Source: a bacterium
Lineage (GTDB): Bacteria; Patescibacteriota; Saccharimonadia; Saccharimonadales; SZUA-47
DNA: 46,921 nt
Reading direction: 5' to 3'
Assembly: GCA_030430915.1 (NCBI GenBank)
Contig: JAUIKH010000002.1
Span: forward strand, 1 to 46,921
The position numbers and the translations under genes were made by a program. The notes beneath the pieces are model-generated. The model made no database searches. It saw only the letters and a program-made list of their open reading frames with translations, and was not told the origin of the DNA. Below, one piece after another: positions 38,056-46,921 of this stretch (the stretch's first letter is position 1; each line of letters opens with the position of its first letter).

Positions 38056-39135
38056 GTGGGTACAAAACATCAAAACATTATAGAAATTAATGGCAATAAA
38101 TATGATGCGGTATCCGGCAAGCTACTTAATTCATCACCTAAAAGTTCATCTACTCCTAAGAATAAAATAGTTGATGGATTCAGCAAACCTTCCAGCAAAA
38201 AATCTTATGTTAGCCAAAGAAAAACGCCGGTATCCAGTGCTAAAAAACCCGTGCAAAAATCTAAAACCTTAATGAGAAGTGCCGTAAAGAAACCCACTGC
38301 ATCTACAAAACACTCTAAAACAACTCAAGTAGCTTCTATTCGAAAACCTTCTTTAAATACACCGAAACAACGACAGCAAAATGCCAAAAAAACTAAACAG
38401 AGTGAACTGGTTTCCCATTATGGAGAAAATCTAGCCAGAAGTTCAGTGTCAAAACAAGTTAAACCGCTATCTGTTAAACAACAGAGCACGAGCGCTCACG
38501 GTACACATCATAAAGCCAAGCAAAAAAACTCAAGTCAAGCTAAAAACCTAGCACATAAAGGCGGAATATCAGCCGCCTCAGTTATGATCGATAAAGCGCT
38601 TGCAGATGCAAATTCTCATGAAAACAAAACGCACAAAAAAGAGAAAAAACATCACAGAGTAGCTAAAAAACTTGGCATTAGTGCAAAAGCAATGGCTATA
38701 AGCTCAGCTGTGCTGGCAGGAGTTTTATTAGGTGGATTTTATGCAATTCAAAATGTACCAAACCTCTCAATGAGAGTCGCTGCCACTAGAGCCGGATTTA
38801 ACGCTTCTATGCCTGGATATAGCCCGTCGGGATTCAGTTTCTCGGGCCCAATAAACTATAGCCCGGGTCAGGTAACGGTTACTTTTAAATCCAATACTGA
38901 TGATCGAAATTTCAGCCTTAAGCAAACTGCAAGCAACTGGAACAGTGACGCCTTATTATCCAATTTCGTGGCCACAGATAACCAAAAGTATCAAACATAC
39001 CAAGACAGAGGTAGAACCCTGTACATATATGATGGCTCAAATGCCACATGGGTAGACAACGGAATATGGTACCAAATTGAAGGCTCTTCTCAATTGACAA
39101 CAGATCAGCTTGTTCGTATAGCAGCAAGTTTGTAG
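38056..39135 (+). CDS. Lys/Ser-rich membrane protein with a DUF4367-like C-terminal domain
   Basis: The start is GTG with AAGGGG upstream. A basic low-complexity N-terminal half is followed by a TM segment (ISSAVLAGVLLGGFYAI). The C-terminus is ...TWVDNGIWYQIEGSSQLTTDQLVRIAASL. Confidence 0.55.
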   Translation: MGTKHQNIIEINGNKYDAVSGKLLNSSPKSSSTPKNKIVDGFSKPSSKKSYVSQRKTPVSSAKKPVQKSKTLMRSAVKKPTASTKHSKTTQVASIRKPSLNTPKQRQQNAKKTKQSELVSHYGENLARSSVSKQVKPLSVKQQSTSAHGTHHKAKQKNSSQAKNLAHKGGISAASVMIDKALADANSHENKTHKKEKKHHRVAKKLGISAKAMAISSAVLAGVLLGGFYAIQNVPNLSMRVAATRAGFNASMPGYSPSGFSFSGPINYSPGQVTVTFKSNTDDRNFSLKQTASNWNSDALLSNFVATDNQKYQTYQDRGRTLYIYDGSNATWVDNGIWYQIEGSSQLTTDQLVRIAASL

Positions 39136-39140
39136 TTTGG

Positions 39141-40841
39141 CTAGCTACTGCTTAGTCTTTTTTTGACTCTTTCAGCTCCCATAATTTGCATTATTGTATA
39201 CAAGTCTGGAGTGCGAGTTTTACCAGTTAAATACACTCTTATAATCTTTGCGAAGTCTGCCAGTCCACCTTTAAAATTTTCAGGGTTGGCTTTTAGATCT
39301 TTTCGATTAAGTGCATATCCGTCTTTTTTTGCTGCTAACTTCATGTTTTCAAACCATGTATCTTTGTCTACATCATGATCATATGTTGATAATAATGACT
39401 TGATTGCCGATATTTGATCCTCGGTTGACACATGTTCGTCTAAGTCACAAATTGCACTTGGCAAGAAGTTAGATTCAAAAATACTGTCATAGAAATATCC
39501 AAATTGGTCAGAAGAGTCAGACCATTTTGACACATCTTTTCTAGGATTTTCTCCTTCGCGCTCTATGCATAAAACTTTTTTTGTATAATCTGAGTCTATC
39601 ATCATTTCTTCATAAAGCGTTTTGTCGTGTATATTTGCCCATTGTAGAACTTCCTTATTAAAGTGACTTTGAGGCATGGAGGCAATTTCGTCTTTTGCAT
39701 AATCTTCCAACTTTTTAATGTCTAGTAACGGCGACCTTGATGTAGAAAGTTTTTTTAGACTGAAAGGGAAGTCCGACAAGTCGGCCTCTGGATTCTGTTT
39801 ATACCAATCTTCAAAGTTTGAATTTGCCAGTCCTAACAAGTATGCCTTTATACTCCTCATTGGATAGGCTGCTTTTATCCAAAAATCTACATCAGCCTCT
39901 GGATCTCTTCTTTTACTTAACTTCCTTTTACCTCCGCCACTTGGGTCTATTATAGAAAGAACTGGTGTGTGTGCGTATTTGAAAGGTTCTATACCTAAAC
40001 TCTGTGCTATCTCTATATGTAAGGGAGTACTCGGCAACCACTCTTCTCCTCTTGTAATTATTGTTGATTTCATTAGAAAATCATCAACAACATGAGCCAA
40101 ATGATATGTAGGCAAGTTTGATCCATCAGATTTAATTAACGGAACGTCTAAATCGTTCTCAGGTAAGCTCATTTTACCTTTTATAGCATCGTTAAATTCA
40201 ATTCTTTTATTGTGATTTCCAATGGATTTAAAACGCAACACAAAACTTTTACCAGAATCTAAGGCTTGAGATGTCTCTTCGTCAGTTCTATCTCTCCAAA
40301 TCGCCCATTCACCATAATATCCAGGCCTGAGTTTTTTAGATATTTGATCCTTTACAGCCGCATCTAGCTCATCTTTTGTAGCAAAACATGGATATGCACG
40401 ATCTCTTTTAATTAAGTCAACGGCGTAAGCTAAATATATATTTTTACGCTCAGACTGGGTATATGGGCCATACTCACCAATTTCTTCTCCGTTAGCCTGT
40501 AAACCCTCGTCTGGTGTTAGGTCAAACGCTGTTAGTTGATTTGCTATTAGCTGTTTTGCACCTTCTACTTCACGCTTTTTATCAGTATCTTCAATCCTAA
40601 GAAAATAAACGCCATCAGACTGTCTAGCTAAATACTGGCAGATTGTGGCAGTAAATATAGCACCTATATGAACAAAACCCGTAGGACTTGGACAAAACCT
40701 CGTTACCTCAGCAGCTTCGCTCAGTGATCTGTCAGGATAAGAATCTTGTATCTTACTCCTTGTAGAAACTAGTTCGTCCTTAACGAGAAGTTTTATTATT
40801 CGGTCTTTTAGCTCATCGCTCATACAAACTGATTGTACCAT
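39141..40841 (-). CDS. gltX: Glutamate--tRNA ligase
   Basis: RFCPSPTGFVHIGAIFTA (HIGH) and KLSKR (KMSKS) are present. The start may instead be the ATG at 40823. Confidence 0.9.
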   Translation of the reverse strand: MVQSVCMSDELKDRIIKLLVKDELVSTRSKIQDSYPDRSLSEAAEVTRFCPSPTGFVHIGAIFTATICQYLARQSDGVYFLRIEDTDKKREVEGAKQLIANQLTAFDLTPDEGLQANGEEIGEYGPYTQSERKNIYLAYAVDLIKRDRAYPCFATKDELDAAVKDQISKKLRPGYYGEWAIWRDRTDEETSQALDSGKSFVLRFKSIGNHNKRIEFNDAIKGKMSLPENDLDVPLIKSDGSNLPTYHLAHVVDDFLMKSTIITRGEEWLPSTPLHIEIAQSLGIEPFKYAHTPVLSIIDPSGGGKRKLSKRRDPEADVDFWIKAAYPMRSIKAYLLGLANSNFEDWYKQNPEADLSDFPFSLKKLSTSRSPLLDIKKLEDYAKDEIASMPQSHFNKEVLQWANIHDKTLYEEMMIDSDYTKKVLCIEREGENPRKDVSKWSDSSDQFGYFYDSIFESNFLPSAICDLDEHVSTEDQISAIKSLLSTYDHDVDKDTWFENMKLAAKKDGYALNRKDLKANPENFKGGLADFAKIIRVYLTGKTRTPDLYTIMQIMGAERVKKRLSSS

Positions 40842-40874
40842 CCCTGTTGTATTTTACTAAAAACAGGTTTATAG

Positions 40875-40880
40875 TAATAT
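40875..40880 (+). promoter_or_regulatory. -10 box TAATAT, 7 nt upstream of the ATG at 40888
   Basis: The sequence is tagTAATATcaagattATG. Confidence 0.35.
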
Positions 40881-40887
40881 CAAGATT

Positions 40888-42090
40888 ATGTTTAAAATAA
40901 ATAAACCGAGGAAGGATTATGATGTTAATCCCACGCAAAACAATTTAATAGATAAAAATAAATCTGGTTTTGTTAAATTTAAAGAAAAGTTTCTAGAAAA
41001 ACCTCCAAAAGAAAGACTAATAGTCGTATCTGTTCTATCTATTAGTGTCTTAGTACTCGGGGTGCTTTTACTAAGCCTATATGGCCCTAAAGACCCTGAA
41101 CCAGTCCCAGAGCCACAAATTACAAAAAAGGAACTACCACCGGAGCCAACAACTGTACCATCTAGACTTACAGGTGTACAGATAGAACCGTCTCTTAACG
41201 AAAGAGCTGTGACTGGTGTCATGATTGAAAACAGTATTGATGCGAGGCCACAAGCTGGATTAGAAGAAGCTGATATAGTCTTTGAAGCTATAGCGGAAGG
41301 TGGCATAACTCGGTTTCTAGCCCTTTATCAAGAGTCAAAACCAGGAAAGTTAGGACCAATTCGAAGTGCTAGACCATATTATGTAAGATGGGCCGCAGGA
41401 TTTGATGCAGCCTACGCACACGTGGGGGGCAGTGGAGAAGCATTAGGTTTAATAGGTTCATTAGGACTCAAAGATTTACCTTATGACGGCACACATTTTG
41501 ACAGAGTAAGCTACAGGTATGCTCCCCATAATGTATACACGAGTATGGACAGGCTAGATGCCTTAAAACAGTCTCGAGGCTACCATACAAGTAACTTTAA
41601 AGGGTATGCCTACCTTGAACCATCAGAGGACGCAGACAAAGTAGAAATTGAGTTAGATACCGAAGAGACAGAACAGGTTGATAAAGTTTCAACTACACCT
41701 AAGGCTTCGAACATAAGCTTTAATATTTCTGGGCCTCAATATAACACAAGCTATACATATAACCCAGAATCTAAATCTTATGACAGGATAATGGCCGGAC
41801 AGCCACATACAGATGAAGTTTCCGGCAAGCAGATTAGTCCAACTGCAGTAATTGCCTTGATCACGACTTACGGTTATCACCCGGATGGCGTACATAGTCA
41901 GTATGCAACTATCGGTTCAGGTAGAGCAATAATTTTCCAAAATGGAGAAGTATTTGAGGCGAAGTGGTCTAAGACTGCCGATAAAGAGCCGTTGGTATTC
42001 ACAAATGCCGCTGGCGAACCTTTCGAATTTCAACCAGGACAAAAATGGATTACTGCAATCCCTGAAGGCAGAATAAGCCACAGTCCTTAA
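40888..42090 (+). CDS. DUF3048 (YerB-like) domain protein, membrane anchored
   Basis: VTGVMIENSIDARPQAGLEEADIVFEAIAEGGITRFLALY...IRSARPYY. Confidence 0.75.
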   Translation: MFKINKPRKDYDVNPTQNNLIDKNKSGFVKFKEKFLEKPPKERLIVVSVLSISVLVLGVLLLSLYGPKDPEPVPEPQITKKELPPEPTTVPSRLTGVQIEPSLNERAVTGVMIENSIDARPQAGLEEADIVFEAIAEGGITRFLALYQESKPGKLGPIRSARPYYVRWAAGFDAAYAHVGGSGEALGLIGSLGLKDLPYDGTHFDRVSYRYAPHNVYTSMDRLDALKQSRGYHTSNFKGYAYLEPSEDADKVEIELDTEETEQVDKVSTTPKASNISFNISGPQYNTSYTYNPESKSYDRIMAGQPHTDEVSGKQISPTAVIALITTYGYHPDGVHSQYATIGSGRAIIFQNGEVFEAKWSKTADKEPLVFTNAAGEPFEFQPGQKWITAIPEGRISHSP

Positions 42091-42110
42091 GCTAAATCAA
42101 CGGTGGATAA

Positions 42111-43649
42111 ATGGATTATAGTAAGCACTTTTCTAGAAATCTTACACTAATAATATTTATATTTCTTGTCATAGCCGTATTTGGCTCTTATTTTTTATGG
42201 CAATTTTCAGAATACATCCTAGAAGATGATCTGGTTTTGAAAGTATTATGTTGGCTTTTACTTAGCACAATACTGCTGGGTTTAATATCGTCAGTATTAA
42301 CAAAAATTGCTTTCAAACCACTATCTAAGCTGATGGATGTGATTGTATTTACTGGACACAACAGCAGAGAAGGTGCACCTCCTAATTTAGATAAGCTATT
42401 TTTAGGTCGTGAAATGATTACGTCACTAGCTAGACAAGTTTATGATCTATCAAATATGAGCAGTCAAGCATTAGAAAGCAACAAAAACTCAGAAAACCTT
42501 CAAGATTCGGGAAGCTATATAATTGAGCATATTGGCTTACCAATTATTGGTATAGATAATTCACAGAAAGTCGTGTTAGCTAATAAAGCTGCTTCAGAAT
42601 ACCTCAATCAATCTACTGATGATATCTTAGAAAAACCGATTTATGATGTAGTCAAACTATCTTTTTCAAGTGAAGATACATTTGAAAATTGGCTTGCCGC
42701 CTCTCAACAAAACACAGCTGTCAACTCGAGAACATGGGAGCATGTTAAATTAACAGATCAGAAGAACAACCAAACAAGGCAACTGAACCTCATAGCTAAT
42801 TTTAGTAAAGACCCAAAAAATGGTATAGAAACAATCCTTACAATTTATGATAGAACTGAAGAATACTCTAGAAACGATGGCCAAATGGACATAATAACAT
42901 TAGCTGTTCATGAACTTAGAACACCATTAACCATCATGAGGGGCTACATTGAAGTTTTCGAAGAAGAAATCGGCCCTACACTTAACCCAGAAATGACCGG
43001 ATTTATGAGAAAAATGAAGGCGAGCTCTGAACAGCTTACTAGCTTTGTGAGTAATATTCTTAGTGTTGCAAAAATTGAAGAAAATCAATTAATATTAAAA
43101 CTTCAAGAAAATAACTGGTCAAATGTAGTTAAAAAATCAATTGAAGATTTAGAGCTTAGAGCAAGAGTACATAATAAGCATATTGAACTAAATATATCTG
43201 ATGATTTACCAAATGTCGCAGTTGATCAGATTAGCATTCATGAAGTTTTAAATAATCTAGTAGATAATGCAATCAAATACTCCGGTAATTCTAGTCGAAT
43301 TGTACTGACTAGTTTTTTAAACTCTGAAGGAATGATAGAAACTAGCGTCCAGGATTTCGGCATTGGAATACCTCAGGCAGTTATGCCCGACCTGTTTCAG
43401 AAATTCTTTAGAAGTCACACAAGTAAAGGCAAAGTGGGGGGTACAGGACTTGGATTATTCCTCTCTAAATCAATAATAACCGCACACGGTGGCAGTATTT
43501 GGGTTAGAAGTAAAGAAGGCGAAGGTAGTATATTTAGTTTTACAGTACAACCATTTGATAATATCAAACATGAACAAGAAAAAGGTCAAGATGGTATCAT
43601 GAGAGGAGCTCATGGCTGGATAAAAAACCACAACTTAAATAGGCAATAA
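42111..43649 (+). CDS. Sensor histidine kinase (2 TM, PAS-like, HisKA, HATPase_c)
   Basis: The H-box is LAVHELRTPLTIMRGY, the N-box is LNNLVDNAIKYS, and the G-boxes are DFGIGI and GGTGLGLFLSKSI. Confidence 0.9.
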   Translation: MDYSKHFSRNLTLIIFIFLVIAVFGSYFLWQFSEYILEDDLVLKVLCWLLLSTILLGLISSVLTKIAFKPLSKLMDVIVFTGHNSREGAPPNLDKLFLGREMITSLARQVYDLSNMSSQALESNKNSENLQDSGSYIIEHIGLPIIGIDNSQKVVLANKAASEYLNQSTDDILEKPIYDVVKLSFSSEDTFENWLAASQQNTAVNSRTWEHVKLTDQKNNQTRQLNLIANFSKDPKNGIETILTIYDRTEEYSRNDGQMDIITLAVHELRTPLTIMRGYIEVFEEEIGPTLNPEMTGFMRKMKASSEQLTSFVSNILSVAKIEENQLILKLQENNWSNVVKKSIEDLELRARVHNKHIELNISDDLPNVAVDQISIHEVLNNLVDNAIKYSGNSSRIVLTSFLNSEGMIETSVQDFGIGIPQAVMPDLFQKFFRSHTSKGKVGGTGLGLFLSKSIITAHGGSIWVRSKEGEGSIFSFTVQPFDNIKHEQEKGQDGIMRGAHGWIKNHNLNRQ

Positions 43650-43650
43650 A

Positions 43651-44052
43651 ATGGAAGATAAATCCCAAAAGTATCAACAAAACAGTAAATCAATTTTAAT
43701 CGTTGAAGACGAAAGGTTTATTACAGAACTTTACACGAGAGCTCTAGAAAATGCAGGATATTTTGTATCTTCGGTTTACGACGGAGAGCAGGCGCTAAAA
43801 GAGATTAACTCTAACAGCTATGATATTGTCCTATTAGATATTATGTTACCTTCTTTAAGTGGTATAGAGATATTAAAAAAACTTAAAGAAAATTCAGCCA
43901 CAATAAATACAAAGATTGTAATCACTACAAACTTAGACCAGAAAGACGAACAAAAAGAAGCAATTGAGTCATTAGCAGATGGATACCTTATAAAAGCAGA
44001 GGTTACACCAAAAGAATTACTCGCTTATATTAATGAGCTACAAGACCTATAG
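43651..44052 (+). CDS. Single-domain (CheY-like) response regulator
   Basis: ILIVEDE..., DIVLLDIMLP and ...ITTNL...GYLIK are present. There is no output domain. It starts 1 nt after the HK stop. Confidence 0.9.
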   Translation: MEDKSQKYQQNSKSILIVEDERFITELYTRALENAGYFVSSVYDGEQALKEINSNSYDIVLLDIMLPSLSGIEILKKLKENSATINTKIVITTNLDQKDEQKEAIESLADGYLIKAEVTPKELLAYINELQDL

Positions 44053-44057
44053 CCACA

Positions 44058-44802
44058 CTAACTAGCCCTAGATACGGCTCCATCTAGACTATTTTTAAAG
44101 TCAACAACGTAATCATTGGCAGTTACTTGATTACCTACTACGGGGATAGGTTCCCCATAGCTAATTACTAAATCTTTTGGTATGTAACCGCTGGAGGCGT
44201 TTGAAGAGCCAATTGATATCGGAAGAATCAGTGCCTCTTTCTCTGGTAATACTTGACTTGCCAGCAAAGCAAACCCTGGTTTAATATCTGCAGATTCTCT
44301 TTCCCCTGGGGTGAATATTGCTATACTTCCGTCGTTTTCATTAATATGATTGGCAGATACATCTAGTAGTCCTGCCCGGAAATTCCTTCTAGTGTCTATA
44401 TCGGGAACTTCCTTCTTTCTCAAAGCTACCTGTAATCCAAGAGGACTAGTAATTCTACGATAGACAAAATTATTCATAATCGATAGCTTACCCCATACGC
44501 GAAAGCTGTCTACCCGTTCCATAAAATTATCAATATTTTTCATAGATGTTAAAGCTGCTATAGGATCATGTGTTTCAGTTTTTCCAGGATGATCGTATCC
44601 AATAATTACAGACCTGCCTTCGACTTGCTTCAAAAACTCATCTTTAGTTGATGGATAAACAAAAATCGGATTAGTTTTTTTTAACGGCAACTGATCCTAC
44701 AGCACTGCTGTAACGCTTACGCGGATAGGATTTTTCAAACGTTTCATTATAAAATTCATGTGGATCACGTTCGAGAATTTTTTCTATCGAATAGTGTGTC
44801 AT
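44058..44802 (-). pseudogene. Gene split at an A8 tract: a 43-codon 5' ORF (44671-44802) and a 210-codon 3' ORF (44058-44690) in the +1 frame
   Basis: My translation of the upstream frame is MTHYSIEKILERDPHEFYNETFEKSYPRKRYSSAVGSVAVKKN*. The downstream frame has only a TTG start with no SD. The frames overlap across AAAAAAAA (44675-44682). An A7 tract would fuse them in frame (...VAVKKTNPIFVY...). Confidence 0.5.
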
Positions 44803-44887
44803 TAAATATAGAATTACATATTATTTAATAAACCGCAACCAAAATTCTATCTTATGTACGAAAACCTAGACTACATATTTAAATTGA

Positions 44888-45985
44888 TTAAAATAGGACA
44901 TGAGTTTTTCTATTGGCATAAATTGCTCCAGCCAAAATTACAAATATCCCGTACTCGATGTCAACACTGCTTGTATATAGATGGACGATGGCTACTAAGC
45001 AAGCTGCCACGAAAACGGTAGGGAATATCATACCTCCACGAAAACCCATACTCTTTGACCAAACTATGGCAATAACCTTAACAATCACTAACCACAATAA
45101 CCCAAGGAGTCCGAGACTTGCAGACTGTTCAAACATAGGAATAATTGATTTATTTCCTGTAAATTGAACCAGCGACCCCCCAATTAGGTATATAACGGCA
45201 AGACCGCTTGAAGCCATTAATCCATGCACCCACCACTTACTACTTTTACTGTATTCTTTAGCTCTTTCTGACAAATTAAACAATTCACGCATTGCATAGA
45301 CAACTAATACACCAGCAGCAAAAAGCAACATGTAAATTAATAGATTCATGAAGCTGATAGTGCTTGTGTGTTGTGGTGTTGCAAAATAGGGCTCAGAGGG
45401 TAAATTATTTAATGTAATTAATGTTGCAACTGAAGCTATAAGAGAAAAAGATACAATTACCATATTTAGTTTGACTTTTGGCTGCTGTGAAACTAAATAT
45501 AGCCCTAAAAGTCCTGCAATAATACTGCTAAAAAAGGCAGTGAATAATGCTACGAAACCAACCAGTCCAAGCAGTTTTACAAGCTTCTTGTCTTTTCCAA
45601 AAAATGATTTACCTGCTAACGTACCTACAAGTATACTTGCTGGTATTAAAATAGCCTCTGGACCCAGCGAAGCTCCCGCAACTAAAGAAAAGAACCCAAT
45701 AAACAGAACCCTTAAAAGGTTTAAAACAGTAGGGGAAGGGACGCCACCTAATCCTTCTGACTCCTTTTTCTCCGATGCTCTGTCTAGGAGATGTTGTAGC
45801 GCAAAGAATACTAAACCAATGACTATGGTTAGTGGGACTACTAAAATCCAGTTAGCTTCAATATCAACGAAGTCATACCAGAAGCCATCAATAGCAGCCT
45901 GAACCAAACCTTCGAAAACAAAATATGTTAGTCCGACTCCAACACCAACAAGTAAGCAAGCTATTAATAATTTTAAAAACTTCAT
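44888..45985 (-). CDS. ClC-family (chloride/fluoride channel-like) membrane protein, short form
   Basis: It is polytopic. GLGGVPSP, GASLGPEAILIP and GFRGGMIFPTVF loosely match the ClC GSGIPE / GREGP / GxFxP motifs. Confidence 0.55.
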   Translation of the reverse strand: MKFLKLLIACLLVGVGVGLTYFVFEGLVQAAIDGFWYDFVDIEANWILVVPLTIVIGLVFFALQHLLDRASEKKESEGLGGVPSPTVLNLLRVLFIGFFSLVAGASLGPEAILIPASILVGTLAGKSFFGKDKKLVKLLGLVGFVALFTAFFSSIIAGLLGLYLVSQQPKVKLNMVIVSFSLIASVATLITLNNLPSEPYFATPQHTSTISFMNLLIYMLLFAAGVLVVYAMRELFNLSERAKEYSKSSKWWVHGLMASSGLAVIYLIGGSLVQFTGNKSIIPMFEQSASLGLLGLLWLVIVKVIAIVWSKSMGFRGGMIFPTVFVAACLVAIVHLYTSSVDIEYGIFVILAGAIYANRKTHVLF

Positions 45986-46052
45986 TTACAGATATTATAC
46001 ATAGATTCTTGATCAATGTAATAAATGTTAAAGACTTAATTTATTAAGCTAA

Positions 46053-46325
46053 TTATATTCCAAGTATTTGTTTTTTCTTGGCATTAAATTCTTCTTCGGT
46101 AAGTATGCCTTCAGACTTTAATTGACCTAACTTTTCTAGTTGTGCATATGCATCATTTTGTTGAGGCACAGATGCAGACTGCTGATTAGGCTGCTGCGCA
46201 GGAGCTTGAGTCTGCTCATTTTCCTGCCATCTGCGCGCCTGACGTCGACTTACATTGTTTGACACGTGTGTTGCTGTACCTGCAATTACTGCTGTTCTGG
46301 CAACTCCTCTTAATAATCCTGGCAT
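46053..46325 (-). CDS. SHOCT-domain protein
   Basis: The C-terminus YAQLEKLGQLKSEGILTEEEFNAKKKQILG is a typical SHOCT motif. Confidence 0.7.
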   Translation of the reverse strand: MPGLLRGVARTAVIAGTATHVSNNVSRRQARRWQENEQTQAPAQQPNQQSASVPQQNDAYAQLEKLGQLKSEGILTEEEFNAKKKQILGI

Positions 46326-46326
46326 A

Positions 46327-46743
46327 TTATTTCTCCTTACTTTCTAATTCATTTACAGCGTCTGGGTGAATTCGACCTTCAGACACCAAAACTCCGTTGG
46401 CATTCATTAGAGCCTTTTTAAAGTCTTTTGCCCATAGATGTTCGAAAATCAGTAGACCAGCAGACGTATTGTTTTCAAGTAAATCTCCAACCTCATCTAT
46501 GTCGTCATCACCAATTAAGTCACCTTTAATGCCGTTGCTACTAGCAAAGCTGAGCGATATTTCATCTCCAAGATTTTCAATATCTAAAATAGCTACCTCG
46601 CCTTTTTCGTTTTTTGTTATTACCGCAAGATCAAGAACGTTTATAACTTCGTCTGATATTGACTTCTGCAATGCAGACAATATCTCTCCATTAAATTTAT
46701 TTCCTTCAAACCCTACAACTATATAGTCTACTGGTCCTCTCAT
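46327..46743 (-). CDS. Hypothetical protein co-transcribed with the SHOCT gene
   Basis: An AGGAGG SD precedes it, and a 1-nt gap separates it from the downstream SHOCT ORF. No motif named with confidence. Confidence 0.55.
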   Translation of the reverse strand: MRGPVDYIVVGFEGNKFNGEILSALQKSISDEVINVLDLAVITKNEKGEVAILDIENLGDEISLSFASSNGIKGDLIGDDDIDEVGDLLENNTSAGLLIFEHLWAKDFKKALMNANGVLVSEGRIHPDAVNELESKEK

Positions 46744-46921
46744 TTTTCCTCCTTTTTATAGTCTTATTATATTCTCTTATGTGTGTTTAATAAAGCTTAT
46801 AAGCTCTTATTAAACTAAAAATGAAAAGTGCGTAACAAGTATATATAGTACCTAATAATCTACCTTGGGGTAACTATAATCTAAGATTAAACATAAAAGA
46901 TGCGTAAAAAAGAAGAATTAA

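Noticed and set aside
46794-46805. Perfect 12-bp palindrome AGCTTATAAGCT upstream of the SHOCT operon, considered as an operator.
   Set aside because: About ten perfect 12-bp palindromes are expected by chance in 47 kb. There is no second copy and no adjacent regulator.
46900-46921. ATG CGT AAA AAA GAA GAA TTA at the right edge, considered as the start of a plus-strand gene.
   Set aside because: Only 7 codons are visible, which is too little to support a CDS call.

Overview
AT-rich (hand-counted samples about 35-40% G+C), gene-dense bacterial chromosome segment. The gene content looks like a reduced-genome Patescibacteria/CPR organism, probably Saccharibacteria-like. That placement is an inference from a type IV pilin, sortase, PEGA and DUF3048-like proteins, a LysM-CHAP hydrolase and a small housekeeping set; no rRNA is present to confirm it. 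I support about 50 CDS, 2 tRNAs (Gln-UUG, Leu-CAA), several intrinsic terminators and a set of promoter-like boxes. The most unusual feature is the minus-strand F1Fo ATP synthase operon (15898-23892). Its canonical order atpB-E-F-H-A-G-D-C is interrupted by four tightly translationally coupled ORFs with no family I recognise: 109 aa between atpA and atpG, 155 aa plus 123 aa between atpG and atpD, and a 57-aa single-TM micro-ORF (below the ORF-track cutoff) between atpD and atpC. Three gene junctions in the operon share a near-identical 17-nt SD/stop/start module. A G+C-rich nested-helix RNA element sits in the atpE-atpF spacer, and the delta subunit is short. Other points: the left edge carries the C-terminal part of a large serine recombinase that abuts and reads antisense through tRNA-Gln, probably the junction of an integrated element lying left of the window. 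A gene is split at an A8 homopolymer (44675-44682). Many first-in-unit genes have a -10 box 6-7 nt upstream of the start codon and no Shine-Dalgarno, suggesting widespread leaderless mRNAs. There is a candidate about 90-nt sRNA (27913-28003), a possible divergent beta-carbonic-anhydrase-like protein near an aquaporin and a CPA2 antiporter, and an RNB-domain-only exoribonuclease. No CRISPR array, rRNA or transposase was seen. All functional calls rest on motifs read by eye from the translations; no database search was possible.
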